The position numbers and the translations under genes were made by a program. The notes beneath the pieces were generated by a model. The model saw only the letters and a program-made list of their open reading frames with translations, had not been told where the DNA came from and did no database searches. 64,000 bases of DNA, taken from contig CAXHJY010000660.1 of the NCBI GenBank assembly GCA_964016885.1, positions 1-64,000 of the forward strand, in the 5' to 3' direction. This DNA is from Eledone cirrhosa (Eukaryota). Positions 63,464 through 64,000 of this stretch are shown here, piece after piece (within the stretch, counting starts at the first letter, position 1; every line of letters starts with the position of its first letter).

Positions 63464-63628
63464 CCATCGTTTTACGTCCGTTCTTCCATGCTAGCATGGG
63501 TTAGACGGGTTGTCCTGTTGTGGGCAGTGTCTGATCAGCTGTCCATGCCTTGCTCATACAGGAACTGATTTTGGCTTGATTTCTACAGCTGGATGCTCTT
63601 CTTAACACCAAGCTCATTTACAGTGAGT
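63464..63628 (-). mobile_element. RTE family 2 3'UTR fragment
   Basis: Matches 18997-19157 in the same orientation. Confidence 0.85.
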
Positions 63629-64000
63629 GCGGGTGGGCGGTCAAAATCTCTTTAGATTAATTTTTCAACATTGTCATAGCTACTTTACAATCTGCTGAAT
63701 AATCTTTGAAGTTCGCTTCTCAAAAATGCATTCTCAGGTTCAATCCCACTCCATTTACTATGAGTGAAATTGAGTAGATGAAAACTGTTTGGAGGTATGT
63801 TAGATGGATTGTACTTGTAATTCAAAAGTCCAGCTTTGTTTCACCGAATCTCCCTGAGACTTATGTACACATGTCTGTAGTAGAATTGTCAGTAATTTGA
63901 TCATTAATTTCCCAAGCTGGCTGTCCTATTGATTGAACAACTGGTACATTCATTGTTGAAACTAACTGATGGTGGTCCATTCTATAATAGTTTAGTGTTG

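Overview
AT-rich, repeat-dominated animal genomic DNA, very likely a coleoid cephalopod (octopus) judging by the SINE and RTE families, which I recognise from memory rather than from a search. No intact host CDS is visible. 1-21 kb is a set of multi-kb (TA)n/(TATG)n tracts holding truncated retroelements: two RTE-LINE families, an R4/Dong-like REL-endonuclease fragment, a Penelope pseudo-LTR fold-back and two copies of an unclassified 0.6-kb element. 21-60 kb looks intronic or intergenic. It holds an internally deleted Mag-like Gypsy element with an AACAA TSD, piggyBac/hAT/Tc1-pogo MITEs, many tRNA-derived SINEs, several minisatellites, a Penelope 3' remnant with a GIY-YIG end, two CpG-retaining zones and candidate + strand exons. 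60-64 kb holds more RTE copies. The most notable signals are a minimal type I hammerhead ribozyme present twice in Penelope-type pLTRs (once inside a self-antisense 72-bp fold-back), a PHD finger inside the RTE reverse transcriptase, a SINE/LINE pair sharing a 3' tail, recurrent fold-back junctions, and a minisatellite grown out of a splice donor.
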